From Gemmatales bacterium (GTDB lineage Bacteria; Planctomycetota; Planctomycetia; Gemmatales; HRBIN36): a DNA stretch of 64,000 nt. The translations under genes were made by a program, and so were the position numbers. This document shows positions 19,128 to 28,648 of this stretch, piece after piece. The notes beneath the pieces are model-generated. The model worked only from the letters and a program-made list of their open reading frames with translations. It did not search any database and was not told where the DNA came from. The DNA is taken from the NCBI GenBank assembly GCA_041640595.1, contig JBEPZY010000001.1, positions 288,001 through 352,000 on the forward strand. The letters run 5' to 3'. The first letter of the stretch is position 1; every line of letters starts with the position of its first letter.

Positions 19128-19555
19128 AGTCTGATTCATCCCCAGTTTTTGATTGGGCCGGCTATTTCGCAGCACCTGACGAGAGAATGGTTTGTCGAAT
19201 GTCCTATTTTCCAGGGCCTGAGGCTCGCCCGTTCGCATCATACCAGCGTTCGGCCAAGGCGATCGGGTCTAACCGGGTGCCTGGCAGTCGGCAGCCTTTT
19301 CCAAAAACCGAAGATGCTCAAACAGATCTTGCATCTCCTGCGATCTGTGCGGTGCTTCGAGACAAGGAGACCTTTTCAAAAACCTGAAGAGGCTCTGCAT
19401 CTTCCAAGTGCCCCGAAAAACAGCGTCAGGATTGACGCCACCCCGACCGACACCGTGTCTTCCATGCTCCAAGTCTCCGCCTAAGAACAGACCATCCGAC
19501 GTAACCGTTATCATTCAGACGCCTTACCTCCAGCGGGGCTCCCGTCAAAACCGGG

Positions 19556-20041
19556 GATAAGTCAGAACTGGAGCCTTCAGGTAATCGCGGACGGGGTAGG
19601 GAACGCCGATAATGCGGATTTAGAGTCTGGGATAAGTCAGAACTGGGCCATCAGGCAATCGCGGACGCGGTGGGGAACGCCGATAGTGCGGATTTAGAGT
19701 CTGAGATAAGTCAGAACAGGGGCCTTCAGGTAATCGCGGGCGGGGTAGGGAACGCCGGTAGTGCGGATTTAGAGTCTGAGATAAGTCAGAACTGGGGCCT
19801 TCAGGTAATCGCGGACGCGGTGGGGAACGCCGATAGTGCGGATTTAGAGTCTGGGATAAGTCAGAACTGGGGCCATCAGGCAATCGCGGACGGGGTAGGG
19901 AACGCCGATAGTGCGGATTTGGAGTCTGAGATAAGTCAGAACTGGGGCCTTCAGGTAATCGCGGACGGGGTAGGGAACGCCGATAGTGCGGATTTAGAGT
20001 CTGAGAGAAGTCAGAACTGGGGCCTTCAGGTAATCGCGGAC
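19556..20041. repeat. 75-bp tandem repeat, ~6.5 copies
   Basis: Units GATAAGTCAGAACTGGGG... start at 19556, 19631, 19705, 19780, 19855, 19930, 20005. Confidence 0.95.
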
Positions 20042-20111
20042 CGTCGGCTTGCAGGAAGCGCCGACACTATTCTGCCAATCAAACGGCCGGCCAGGCATTC
20101 CAACCGAAGGA

Positions 20112-20134
20112 ACTACCCCCGGCAGGACTCGAAC
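20112..20134. repeat. att core: duplicated 3' end of tRNA-Arg
   Basis: ACTACCCCCGGCAGGACTCGAAC identical to 52512-52534. Confidence 0.93.
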
Positions 20135-20545
20135 ATCCTGCGAATTTCCCAGGAAAATGCGAGGTTGAGGATTCCGGCGCAGCAAAATCCGCAGCACTTA
20201 GCCGCAGTTTCGAGGAAGAAACCAAGCATAACTGTCCCACTGCCGCAAGCCGCAAGCCTGCCCAGCCGCAAGCGTCTGAACTTGGTAACCGATTGGCCGA
20301 GGCACTGCTGATTATCGCATCACTATCCGAAAGCGAACGCCAGTTATTGATCCGGTTGCTGGAAAGTTTCGGCAAAACCAAGCCATAACCGGCCGGACCC
20401 ATCCCTAGTTTCGGCTGAAAGCTCCGCTGGAACGCTAACTGGCTCTTTCTAACTTACTCATTATCTGCCGGACTTATCCCCAGTTTTGACTGAGCGTCCC
20501 CAGGACATAAGTCGTTGGGATGGCGTTTATTTCTCCGGATGGCCA

Positions 20546-20772
20546 GTTTTCGGGGCACATGGAGGACGGTAAACGACACTGCTTATAAGACACGCACGTG
20601 CGTTAAACCCGGTTTTTGGGGCACAGGGAGGGCAGTGAACTCAGGCTCCAGATAATAATCCTTGCCACGAGCGGACGTTTTTCGGGGTATGCGAAGGACG
20701 GCGAACTTGTTAAAGGTCCTGGTGGTCCGCCAACTTCATCTCATTTTTCGGGGTACATGGAGGACGGTGAAC
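20546..20772. CRISPR. Degenerate CRISPR-like mini-array, 4 repeats / 3 spacers, no cas genes in window
   Basis: 29-30-bp repeats ~GTTTTCGGGGYACATGGAGGACGGTGAAC at 20546, 20612, 20677, 20743; unique spacers of 37, 36 and 36 bp. Confidence 0.65.
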
Positions 20773-21735
20773 CCAGCCGAGTTTCTTCGGGGCTTACAAA
20801 AAGGCTCGCCGAACGCCAAGCATACGGTCGGCTGCAATCGGCTTGACCGAACATTGCAACGATGTGAGCGCCCTACCCGAGGTCGGAAAATGGAACTTTT
20901 CGTTAGCCATTTTGTGGTCAGGTGTTGCGAATTAGCTTGCCCCCGCCACAACTGGCGATAGGTCAGTGCTTGCCCACCTACTGGGAGAAACTGCTGCGGC
21001 GATTGCGACTCCGCAAGGTCCCCGCATCCGTCCACATCCTCCGCAGTTCGACAGAGCTGGCAATACACGGCGTTGATCGGCGAGTGAAAAGTTCTGCCTT
21101 ATCCTGCCGCTTCGGACAACGGGCAACCGAAACATCGCCCGCTTCGTTGTCGGTTGCCACACCGCACCTGCGAGACCGGCAGCAGCGGCATGCTCCATCG
21201 AGCCATCGTCCGCTCCGGTGGGAACTGCTAGTCTATGCATGGATTAGCCGTTTGTGCAGGCTAGAGCGGCAAAACGGCGGTGGCGAAACCACGAAGGAAC
21301 GCAAGGCGGGGAAGCAGCAGCGCGAAGAATTTCCAGCACAGCCAGGCTCAGCGGACAAGGACCGTGCAAGCCGAGAACAAGTTCCTTACGCAGATCGAGA
21401 TCGAGGATGAATACTGCGACTCAGCGGCCAAACAACGCGCATGCTGGGAGAGCGTCCATCCAGGAAAGAGCACAGCGTCAGGTGCGGCGCCATAATTTCG
21501 ACGGTGCCCGATTCTCCTCGCTCTCATTGTGCGATACGCCAGTGTGAAGTGCGGCGTTATGAATACAACACACACTTAGGCCGTGCATTGGCCATGACCG
21601 GCGAAGTATAATTGACCCGCTTCGATCCGCTCCGTGGCATCAAGTACGCCGGCAAATTCCAAACGTGAACGTGCCGGCACGATTGACAGGGGAAGGACAT
21701 CACTCGTGGGAAGCACGTCTGGGGGGAGCTGCGAT

Positions 21736-24700
21736 ATGCAAGGGGAGCGTAGCGGTGAGAAGACTCTGAAACCCGACGATGTTCTTCAGGGGGATTTCTG
21801 GCCTGAGCCTGTACGCATTGTGAGGCTGGTCCGGTTCGGCGAACGCACTAAGATTGAAGCCGTCGGTACTAAGACCAGGCAATTTTACGAACACATTCTC
21901 AGAGCGCAAGACCTGGGACAGGTGCGAGTGGTTACCGAAACGGGACGGGATTACGGCGGACGTGGCGAAGCTTTTTTCCTGGTCATGGAAGCACACCGCA
22001 TCCGCTCGGCTTATCAATTTGATCCGCTCTTTGCCGTCACCGTTTCCCAGGTGGATCCCCTGCCGCACCAGATCGAGGCAGTCTATCACTACATCCTGCG
22101 TAATCCGCGCATTCGCTTCCTGTTAGCCGATGATCCTGGGGCAGGCAAAACCATAATGACGGGTTTGCTGCTCAAGGAACTGAAATACCGCGGACTGGTA
22201 CAGTGGACGCTCATCGTGGTGCCGGGTCATTTGCGAGACCAGTGGCTGAGGGAAATGAAAGAACGTTTTGGTGAAACCTTTACCGCAGTTGACCGCAACA
22301 TCATCAATGCCACCTGGGGGCGCAACGTCTGGCAAGAGCAGCCCCAGATTATCACCTCCATGGACTTTGCCAAACAGAGCGATGTGATGGCGACTCTGAG
22401 CGAGGTACACTGGGATTTGGTGATCGTGGATGAAGCCCATAAGATGGCTGCCTACCGTTATGGCGAAAAAACCGCACGCACTGAACGCTACCGTTTGGGC
22501 GAACTCCTATCGCGGAAAAGCAACTTTTTGCTGTTTCTAACTGCTACCCCTCATCGCGGTGATCCCGAGAACTTCCTGCTGTTCCTTGACCTGCTTCAGC
22601 CCGGTTTCTTCGCGAACGCCGACCTGCTTCAGGAATCCGTGCGCAACAAGGATAATCCCCTCTACCTTCGCCGGTTGAAGGAGGACCTTAAAGATTTTCA
22701 GGGGCGACCGCTCTTTCCGCCCCGTCGTGTAACCACGAAACCGTACCGGCTGAACGACGAGGAAAAGCGGCTTTACAACGCTGTGACCGAATACGTGGAA
22801 AAGTCGTACAACAAGGCCCTGGCAGCGGAAAAGCGAAATGTGGCGTTCGCTCTGTTGATTCTGCAGCGGCGGTTGGCATCCAGCGTCCGGGCAGTGCGTC
22901 GCTCACTGGAACGCCGTAAACAGCGACTGCAAGAGTTGCTCCAGTTGGGCAAATGGCTCGCCGAACGCGACAGCATTGACGAGGAAGAGCTCGAAGACGC
23001 ACCCGAAGCCGAACGCCTTAAGCAGGAGGAAGAGTTGCTGGAGCGGCTCACCGCGGCCGAAACCCGTGAGGAATTGCAGGAGGAGATCGCCAACCTGGAT
23101 CAGTTAATTCGCCTTGCCCGTGACGCCGAACGCCACGGTATCGAAACCAAGCTCAACGAGCTACGCAAGGTAATGGAAGACGAACATATCCAGCTCAGCG
23201 GCGAAAAACTCCTTGTTTTTACCGAATCACGCGAGACGCTGGAATATCTGGCGGAGAAACTCAAGGAGTGGGGCTATACCGTAAGCACTCTGCACGGTGG
23301 TATGGACCTGAATCAGCGCATTCGTACCGAGCATGAGTTCCGCGAACGAGCGCAGGTGATGGTATGCACTGAAGCGGGCGGGGAAGGCATCAACCTGCAG
23401 TTTTGCTCGCTGATGGTCAATTACGACATCCCTTGGAACCCCAACCGTCTGGAACAGCGTATGGGGCGGATTCATCGCTACGGCCAGCAAAAAGAGGTGC
23501 ACATCTATAACCTGGTCGCCGCCGATACCCGTGAAGGCAAGGTACTGGAGGCGCTGTTTCGCAAGCTGGAACGGATTCAGGAAGCGCTGGGCAGCGACCG
23601 CGTTTTCGACGTCATCGGCGAAGTGATGCCGGGACGCAGCCTGCAAGAACTGATCGTCGAAGCGATCGCCAACCGGCGCACCCTGGAGGAAATCGTGGCC
23701 GCTATCGAAGCGGTGCCCGATGAAGAAGCGGTGCGTAAGGCACGCGAAGCCGTACTGGAAGGTTTGGCCACCCGGCACATTGACCTGCAAAGCGTGCTGG
23801 GCGAAGAGCGACGCGCCCGCGAGAACCGTCTGGTGCCGGAATACATTGAGCGCTTTTTCGAACGTGCCTGTCAGTTTTTGAAAATCCCTCTGGAACGCCG
23901 CCGTGATGGACTCTGGCGCGTCCCCAGCGTGCCCTACGAAATTCGCCATGTTTCACAGGAATTTCGGCACCGCTTCGGTGAGGTTTTCCGGGAATACAGC
24001 AAAGTGGCGTTTGACAAAAAGATGGCTCGTGAGCAGAACGCGGTCCTGGTAGCGCCAGCCCATCCATTGCTGGAGGCGATCATCGAACGCCTGCTCACCG
24101 ATTGCGCCGACGATGTTCGCCGCGGAGCCGTATTTACCGACCCCGACGGTCGGCTTAACGGTTGGCTCTTCTTTCTGGAAGGGGAAATCCGCGACGGCAC
24201 CAACCAGGTGGCCGGCAAGCATGTTTTTGCTCTCTACCGCTCCGTTGCCGGCGATCTGCGGCTCGTCAACCCATCCATTCTCTGGGACCTGAAACCGGAT
24301 GGCGAACGGCAGGAGATGCACCCCCAGCTAGGCGAGGAAGAAGTTATCGCCTACGCCATTGAACACGTTCTGGAGCCGTATCGTGCGGAATTGCTGAAAA
24401 GGCGTGAGTGGGATGCCGCTATCAAGCGTAAATACGGCGTGCGTTCGCTGGAGCAAATGATTCTGGACTCGGAGGCGAAACTGATTGACTACGAAACTCG
24501 CCGGGCCAAAGGCGAAAACTTTCCCGACGTGGAAATACTCAATGAGCAGCGGAAGAAGGAAGAGCTTCAGGCACGCAAACAGGCGCTGGAAGAACAGATC
24601 CGCCGTCAGACCAGTCTGCTGCCGGCCAGCCCGAAGGTGCTGGGTGTGGTGCGCGTCCTGCCGCAAGTCGCTACCGATGACGACATGCGATCCGATGCCG

Positions 24701-25065
24701 AGATCGAAGCCATCGGCATGCAGGTGGCCATGCAGCGCGAGCGGGAACGCGGACGCTTGCCCGAGGATGTTTCGGCACAAAACCTGGGCTACGACATTCG
24801 CTCGACCAGCCCCGCGGGCGAAGTGCGCTACATTGAAGTCAAAGCCCGCGCCACCACCGGCCCCATAGCGCTCACCCCGAACGAGTGGCTCATGGCGCAA
24901 CGCCTCGGCAATGACTACTGGCTTTATATCGTCGCGCATGCTGCCAGCGAGCCACACCTGCATACTATTCAAAACCCCGCCGCTAAATTGCGCCCCGAAG
25001 AACAGGTCGAAACCGTGCGCTATGTCATAAAAAACTGGCAGGAGGTAAGCGATGAAGCCACGTGA
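21736..25065 (+). CDS. SNF2-family helicase with DUF3883-type domain (operon 2)
   Basis: LLADDPGAGKT, VDEAH, NYDIPWNPNRLEQRMGRIHR, GYDIRS..YIEVK..NEW; paralog of 9275-12616; start uncertain. Confidence 0.92.
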   Translation: MQGERSGEKTLKPDDVLQGDFWPEPVRIVRLVRFGERTKIEAVGTKTRQFYEHILRAQDLGQVRVVTETGRDYGGRGEAFFLVMEAHRIRSAYQFDPLFAVTVSQVDPLPHQIEAVYHYILRNPRIRFLLADDPGAGKTIMTGLLLKELKYRGLVQWTLIVVPGHLRDQWLREMKERFGETFTAVDRNIINATWGRNVWQEQPQIITSMDFAKQSDVMATLSEVHWDLVIVDEAHKMAAYRYGEKTARTERYRLGELLSRKSNFLLFLTATPHRGDPENFLLFLDLLQPGFFANADLLQESVRNKDNPLYLRRLKEDLKDFQGRPLFPPRRVTTKPYRLNDEEKRLYNAVTEYVEKSYNKALAAEKRNVAFALLILQRRLASSVRAVRRSLERRKQRLQELLQLGKWLAERDSIDEEELEDAPEAERLKQEEELLERLTAAETREELQEEIANLDQLIRLARDAERHGIETKLNELRKVMEDEHIQLSGEKLLVFTESRETLEYLAEKLKEWGYTVSTLHGGMDLNQRIRTEHEFRERAQVMVCTEAGGEGINLQFCSLMVNYDIPWNPNRLEQRMGRIHRYGQQKEVHIYNLVAADTREGKVLEALFRKLERIQEALGSDRVFDVIGEVMPGRSLQELIVEAIANRRTLEEIVAAIEAVPDEEAVRKAREAVLEGLATRHIDLQSVLGEERRARENRLVPEYIERFFERACQFLKIPLERRRDGLWRVPSVPYEIRHVSQEFRHRFGEVFREYSKVAFDKKMAREQNAVLVAPAHPLLEAIIERLLTDCADDVRRGAVFTDPDGRLNGWLFFLEGEIRDGTNQVAGKHVFALYRSVAGDLRLVNPSILWDLKPDGERQEMHPQLGEEEVIAYAIEHVLEPYRAELLKRREWDAAIKRKYGVRSLEQMILDSEAKLIDYETRRAKGENFPDVEILNEQRKKEELQARKQALEEQIRRQTSLLPASPKVLGVVRVLPQVATDDDMRSDAEIEAIGMQVAMQRERERGRLPEDVSAQNLGYDIRSTSPAGEVRYIEVKARATTGPIALTPNEWLMAQRLGNDYWLYIVAHAASEPHLHTIQNPAAKLRPEEQVETVRYVIKNWQEVSDEAT

Positions 25066-25423
25066 GATTCCCCAATCGGTGCGGCTGGCCTTGGAGGAAC
25101 TCAAAGCGTCGCTCGTCGAACTCTATGGCGAGCGGCTGGAGGGGGTCTATCTCTACGGCTCGTACGCGCGAGGCGATTTCACCGAAGATTCGGACATAGA
25201 TGTGCTTATCGTTCTCCAGGGCGATGTCAAGCCAGGAGCCGAGATTACCAGGCTCAGCCCGCTTCTGTCGGAAATATGTTTGCGCCATGATGTGCTCATA
25301 AGCACATATCCTGTGCCAGCAACATGCCTAAGGGAGCGGCAAAGTCCTTTGTTCATCAACATACGTCGTGAGGGCGTGCCGATGGGCGAGTTTCTCGAAA
25401 GAACCAACCATGCGGGAGCGTGA
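25052..25423 (+). CDS. Minimal nucleotidyltransferase (MNT)
   Basis: LYGSYARGDFTEDSDIDVLIV, C-terminal IRREG. Confidence 0.88.
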   Translation: MKPREIPQSVRLALEELKASLVELYGERLEGVYLYGSYARGDFTEDSDIDVLIVLQGDVKPGAEITRLSPLLSEICLRHDVLISTYPVPATCLRERQSPLFINIRREGVPMGEFLERTNHAGA

Positions 25424-25835
25424 GGTGGTGCGCATAGTTGCTGAGCGGCTGAAAAGCGAAGGTGCCCGGCACCTTCAGGTGCGTTACGCTCGTGAACCTG
25501 GCCCGGATATCGAGGCCGTGTTGCCTAACTCCCATCGTCAGTTGTTTATCGAAGCCAAGGGGGACGTAAAATCGGCCGAATCGGCGCTCGGTGTTGCCCT
25601 CTACCAGATCCTTTGCCGCTATGATGGCCAGGCCGTTTGCGCAATTGCCGTGCCCTTCTCCAGTCGTTATCAAGACCTTCTGAGAAAAGTCCTGGCTGGC
25701 CTTGGGCAGTTGCGCGTGCATGTGCTCCTGGTCAGGGAGGCCGAAGTCTGGCATCTTCCGCCCAACGCAAAAGGATTTCTGCCGACCAAACCTTCTTCGC
25801 TCGTCGAGGCTCTGGAAAATGAGCAAAGACATTAA
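25410..25835 (+). CDS. Small putative PD-(D/E)xK nuclease-fold protein
   Basis: GPDIEA...LFIEAKG motif; overlaps both neighbours. Confidence 0.6.
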   Translation: MREREVVRIVAERLKSEGARHLQVRYAREPGPDIEAVLPNSHRQLFIEAKGDVKSAESALGVALYQILCRYDGQAVCAIAVPFSSRYQDLLRKVLAGLGQLRVHVLLVREAEVWHLPPNAKGFLPTKPSSLVEALENEQRH

Positions 25836-27393
25836 GCTGCGGCTCATTGAAGTAGATTTCCCGTTGAGGAAGGTTTCCGAAGAATCGGTGCGGGAAAAGA
25901 ACATTCGCCACGGGCACATTTCCACGCTGCACATCTGGTGGGCCCGCCGACCGCTGGCCGCTTCCCGTGCTACCGCACTGGCGGCACTTCTGCCCGATGA
26001 CCACAACCGCCGCGACGAGCTGCTCCGGCTCATCGAGGAGCTTGCTCCCTGGGAAGCCGTTTCCGGTAAAGCTTCGAGGAGCCAATCCCTTCAGAAAGCC
26101 CGCGAGCTTCTCCGCGAAGCCTTTGGCGGACGTGCTCCGCGGGTGCTCGATTGCTTCGCCGGTGGCGGGGCCATTCCCCTCGAAGCGCTGCGCCTGGGCT
26201 GCGAAACCTATGCCCTCGACTACAACCCCGTCGCCGTCCTTATCAACAAAGCTGTCCTCGAATTCCCGCAGAAGTTCGGACGACCTGACCAGGTCACAAC
26301 CGTACCGCTCCCGCCTGCTTCGCAAAACCAGTCGCGGACCGATGGGCGACTTCTCGACGTGGAAGTCGAGCCTGTCGAAAATCCCCTGCTTCAAGCGGTC
26401 TCCGCCTGGGGAGCGTGGGTGTTAGAGGAAGCACGCAGGGAATTAGAGCCATTCTACCCGAAGGACCACGATGGTTCGATTCCGGTCGGCTACATCTGGG
26501 CGAGGACCTTGCCGTGTCAGAATCCCGCCTGCGGCGCCGAAATCCCGCTCATGCGCCAGACCTGGCTGGCCAAAAAAGATAAGAGGAAGGTTGCACTCAA
26601 GCTCATCCCGAACCGGGGAGCACGGCGCGTGGAGGTCGAAATCGTCGGGGCGGACGGCCGTCCGATTGATTTTGACCCCGAAGAGGGCACCGTCTCGCGC
26701 GCTCACGTGCGCTGCCCGCTCTGCGGCGGCACGTTTGACGACAAGACGACCCGCCGCCTCTTCCGCGAGGGCAAATCCGGCCAGCGTCTGATGGCGGTCG
26801 TGCTCCACCATCCGAAGCGCACAGGCAAGACCTACCGCCTGCCCAGCAAACGCGATCTGGAAGCCTACCACGCCGCCGAAACCGCACTGGAACACAAACG
26901 GGCCCGCCTCCGCGAAGAATGGGGCATCGAACCCGTGCCGGATGAGCCGTTGCCGCCGCTGGAGACGCTCGGCTTCCGTGTCCAGCGCTATGGTCTCACC
27001 CGCTGGGGCGACCTGTTCAACCCGCGGCAGAAGCTGGCGCTGATCACCTTCGCCGAGAAAGTCCGCCAGGCCCACGCCCAAATTCTCTCCCAAGGCGCCG
27101 AGCCGGAGTTCGCCAAAGCGGTGGCAACGTATCTGGCGTTGGTTGTCGATGAATTAGCTCGCTTTACCTCGGTCCTCAACCCTTGGAAAGTCGATGCCGA
27201 AGCTATTGTTCATGTTTTTGGCAGGCAAGCACTACCTATGCTCTGGGATCACTGCGAAAACGTTCCCGTCGGCTCGCACGGTGGAACATGGGAGCACCGC
27301 CTTACGGAAATAATTGCAGTGGCTGAAGCGCTATACGTACATGAAAGGTCCAACCTCAGTGGCATCGCTGCGGGAGAGCGAACGACTCAGTGA
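25819..27393 (+). CDS. DUF1156 methyltransferase, N-terminal part (operon 2)
   Basis: [31 protein letters not shown]; stops before DPPY. Confidence 0.88.
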   Translation: MSKDIKLRLIEVDFPLRKVSEESVREKNIRHGHISTLHIWWARRPLAASRATALAALLPDDHNRRDELLRLIEELAPWEAVSGKASRSQSLQKARELLREAFGGRAPRVLDCFAGGGAIPLEALRLGCETYALDYNPVAVLINKAVLEFPQKFGRPDQVTTVPLPPASQNQSRTDGRLLDVEVEPVENPLLQAVSAWGAWVLEEARRELEPFYPKDHDGSIPVGYIWARTLPCQNPACGAEIPLMRQTWLAKKDKRKVALKLIPNRGARRVEVEIVGADGRPIDFDPEEGTVSRAHVRCPLCGGTFDDKTTRRLFREGKSGQRLMAVVLHHPKRTGKTYRLPSKRDLEAYHAAETALEHKRARLREEWGIEPVPDEPLPPLETLGFRVQRYGLTRWGDLFNPRQKLALITFAEKVRQAHAQILSQGAEPEFAKAVATYLALVVDELARFTSVLNPWKVDAEAIVHVFGRQALPMLWDHCENVPVGSHGGTWEHRLTEIIAVAEALYVHERSNLSGIAAGERTTQ

Positions 27394-27481
27394 AGGTACG
27401 CAAAGCCAGATTCACCAGCTGGAAATGGTCGCCAGCGAAGTGCGACGGCGATACCGAGCAGAGACTCGATTGGAACAATAA
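27341..27481 (+). pseudogene. 46-aa ORF, possible truncated MNT N-terminus
   Basis: MKGPTSV...QLEMVASEVRRRYRAETRLEQ*; weak resemblance to the helix preceding the MNT GS motif; not in the ORF track. Confidence 0.35.
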
Positions 27482-27491
27482 AGGAGAGAGA

Positions 27492-27788
27492 ATGAAAACA
27501 CGGAACGAAATTCTGGCGATCTTGAACGAACACCGGCAGGTTCTGCAGGAGCGCTACGGGGTCGAGGAACTGGCCCTTTTTGGTTCCTATGCCCGAGGGG
27601 AGCAGTGTCCCGTGAGCGATGTGGACATCTTGGTGCGGGTCCGTCGGCCCATCGGACTCAAGTTCTTTGAACTCTGGGATTACCTGGAGGAAATTCTGGA
27701 CTTGAAAGTGGACCTCCTGACGCCGGAGGCCCTTCAACAGAAGCCCGCCCTGTGGGAGAACGTTCAGGAAGACCTCGTCTATGTCTAA
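27492..27788 (+). CDS. MNT antitoxin
   Basis: LFGSYARGEQCPVSDVDILV, KVDLLT; AAGGAG RBS. Confidence 0.9.
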   Translation: MKTRNEILAILNEHRQVLQERYGVEELALFGSYARGEQCPVSDVDILVRVRRPIGLKFFELWDYLEEILDLKVDLLTPEALQQKPALWENVQEDLVYV

Positions 27789-28128
27789 GCGTGATTGGAC
27801 TCTCTTTTTGCAGGATATGCTGGACATCATCGGTAAGATCGGGCAGTACACGAGCGGGATGAGTTTTCAGGAATTTCTCCAAGACAGCCGAACCCAAGAT
27901 GCAGTAGTCAGGAACCTCGAAGTCCTGGGAGAAGCAGCGAGGCGGATTCCCCCCCACATCCAAGAGCGCTACCAGGAGATTCCGTGGGCCCAAATTGTGG
28001 GGCTGAGGAACCGGCTCATCCACGGTTACTTCCTCGTGGACTATGGCATTGTCTGGGAGATCGTCCAGAACGAACTGTCACCGTTGCGTGAAAAATTGGA
28101 ACAGATCGCGCGAGAGGTATCCGGATGA
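27781..28128 (+). CDS. HEPN/DUF86 (HepT-like) RNase toxin
   Basis: DAVVRNLEVLGEA, IPW, RNRLIHGY (intact Rx4HxY). Confidence 0.92.
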   Translation: MSKRDWTLFLQDMLDIIGKIGQYTSGMSFQEFLQDSRTQDAVVRNLEVLGEAARRIPPHIQERYQEIPWAQIVGLRNRLIHGYFLVDYGIVWEIVQNELSPLREKLEQIAREVSG

Positions 28129-28418
28129 CAAGCCTTGAGGAGATCAAAACGATACTTCAGCAACACAAAGAAGAGCTGAGAGCAAAGTATAAGGTCAAGG
28201 AGATAGGCGTTTTTGGCTCATACGTCCGGGGTCAACAGAGAAAGCAAAGCGACATAGATATCCTGGTGGAGTTTGAAGTGGTTCCTGGGCTGCTGAAATT
28301 TATAGAACTTGAAGATTACCTGTCCGAACTGCTTGGAGTCAAAGTTGACCTTGTCCGAAAGAGTTCTATCAGGGAGGAACTGCGGGACACAATCCTTCAA
28401 GAGGTGGTGGTGCTTTGA
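28125..28418 (+). CDS. MNT antitoxin
   Basis: VFGSYVRGQQRKQSDIDILVEF, KVDLV. Confidence 0.9.
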   Translation: MTSLEEIKTILQQHKEELRAKYKVKEIGVFGSYVRGQQRKQSDIDILVEFEVVPGLLKFIELEDYLSELLGVKVDLVRKSSIREELRDTILQEVVVL

Positions 28419-28648
28419 AGCGGCAATATCTTCTGTTTATCCAAGACATCCTGGAGGCGATACAGAAAGGGGAGGAATTCGCTGGCGCCATCATCCCCTG
28501 GAGCAGCATGGCAAAAATGAGGGATAGATTGGCTCATGGTTATTGGGCTGTGGATGATGAGATAGTGCGGAAAATTCGCAAAGAAGAGTTGCCGGAACTC
28601 AAGGCGAAAATCATGGAGGTCTATGAAAATGAACAGAAGCGTTCCTGA
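28415..28648 (+). pseudogene. HEPN/DUF86 toxin with internal deletion
   Basis: 77 aa; keeps QDILEAI and IPW..RDRLAHGY but lacks the central DAVVRN..GEA segment of 27781-28128. Confidence 0.75.

Noticed and set aside
19525..19541. Degenerate second att (TACCTCCAGCGGGGCTC, 13/17 match)
   Set aside because: Too short and mismatched to support, although it abuts the inverted repeat.
19556..20041. Tandem arrays (also 39326-39650 and 52757-53180) as CRISPR
   Set aside because: Whole units are near-identical, with no unique spacers.
19670..20311. 213-aa repeat protein
   Set aside because: Product of a 75-bp tandem repeat; one unit is 74 bp and the ORF crosses att.
20922..21547. ORFs next to the mini-array as cas or effector genes
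   Set aside because: Short overlapping ORFs with no recognisable motif.
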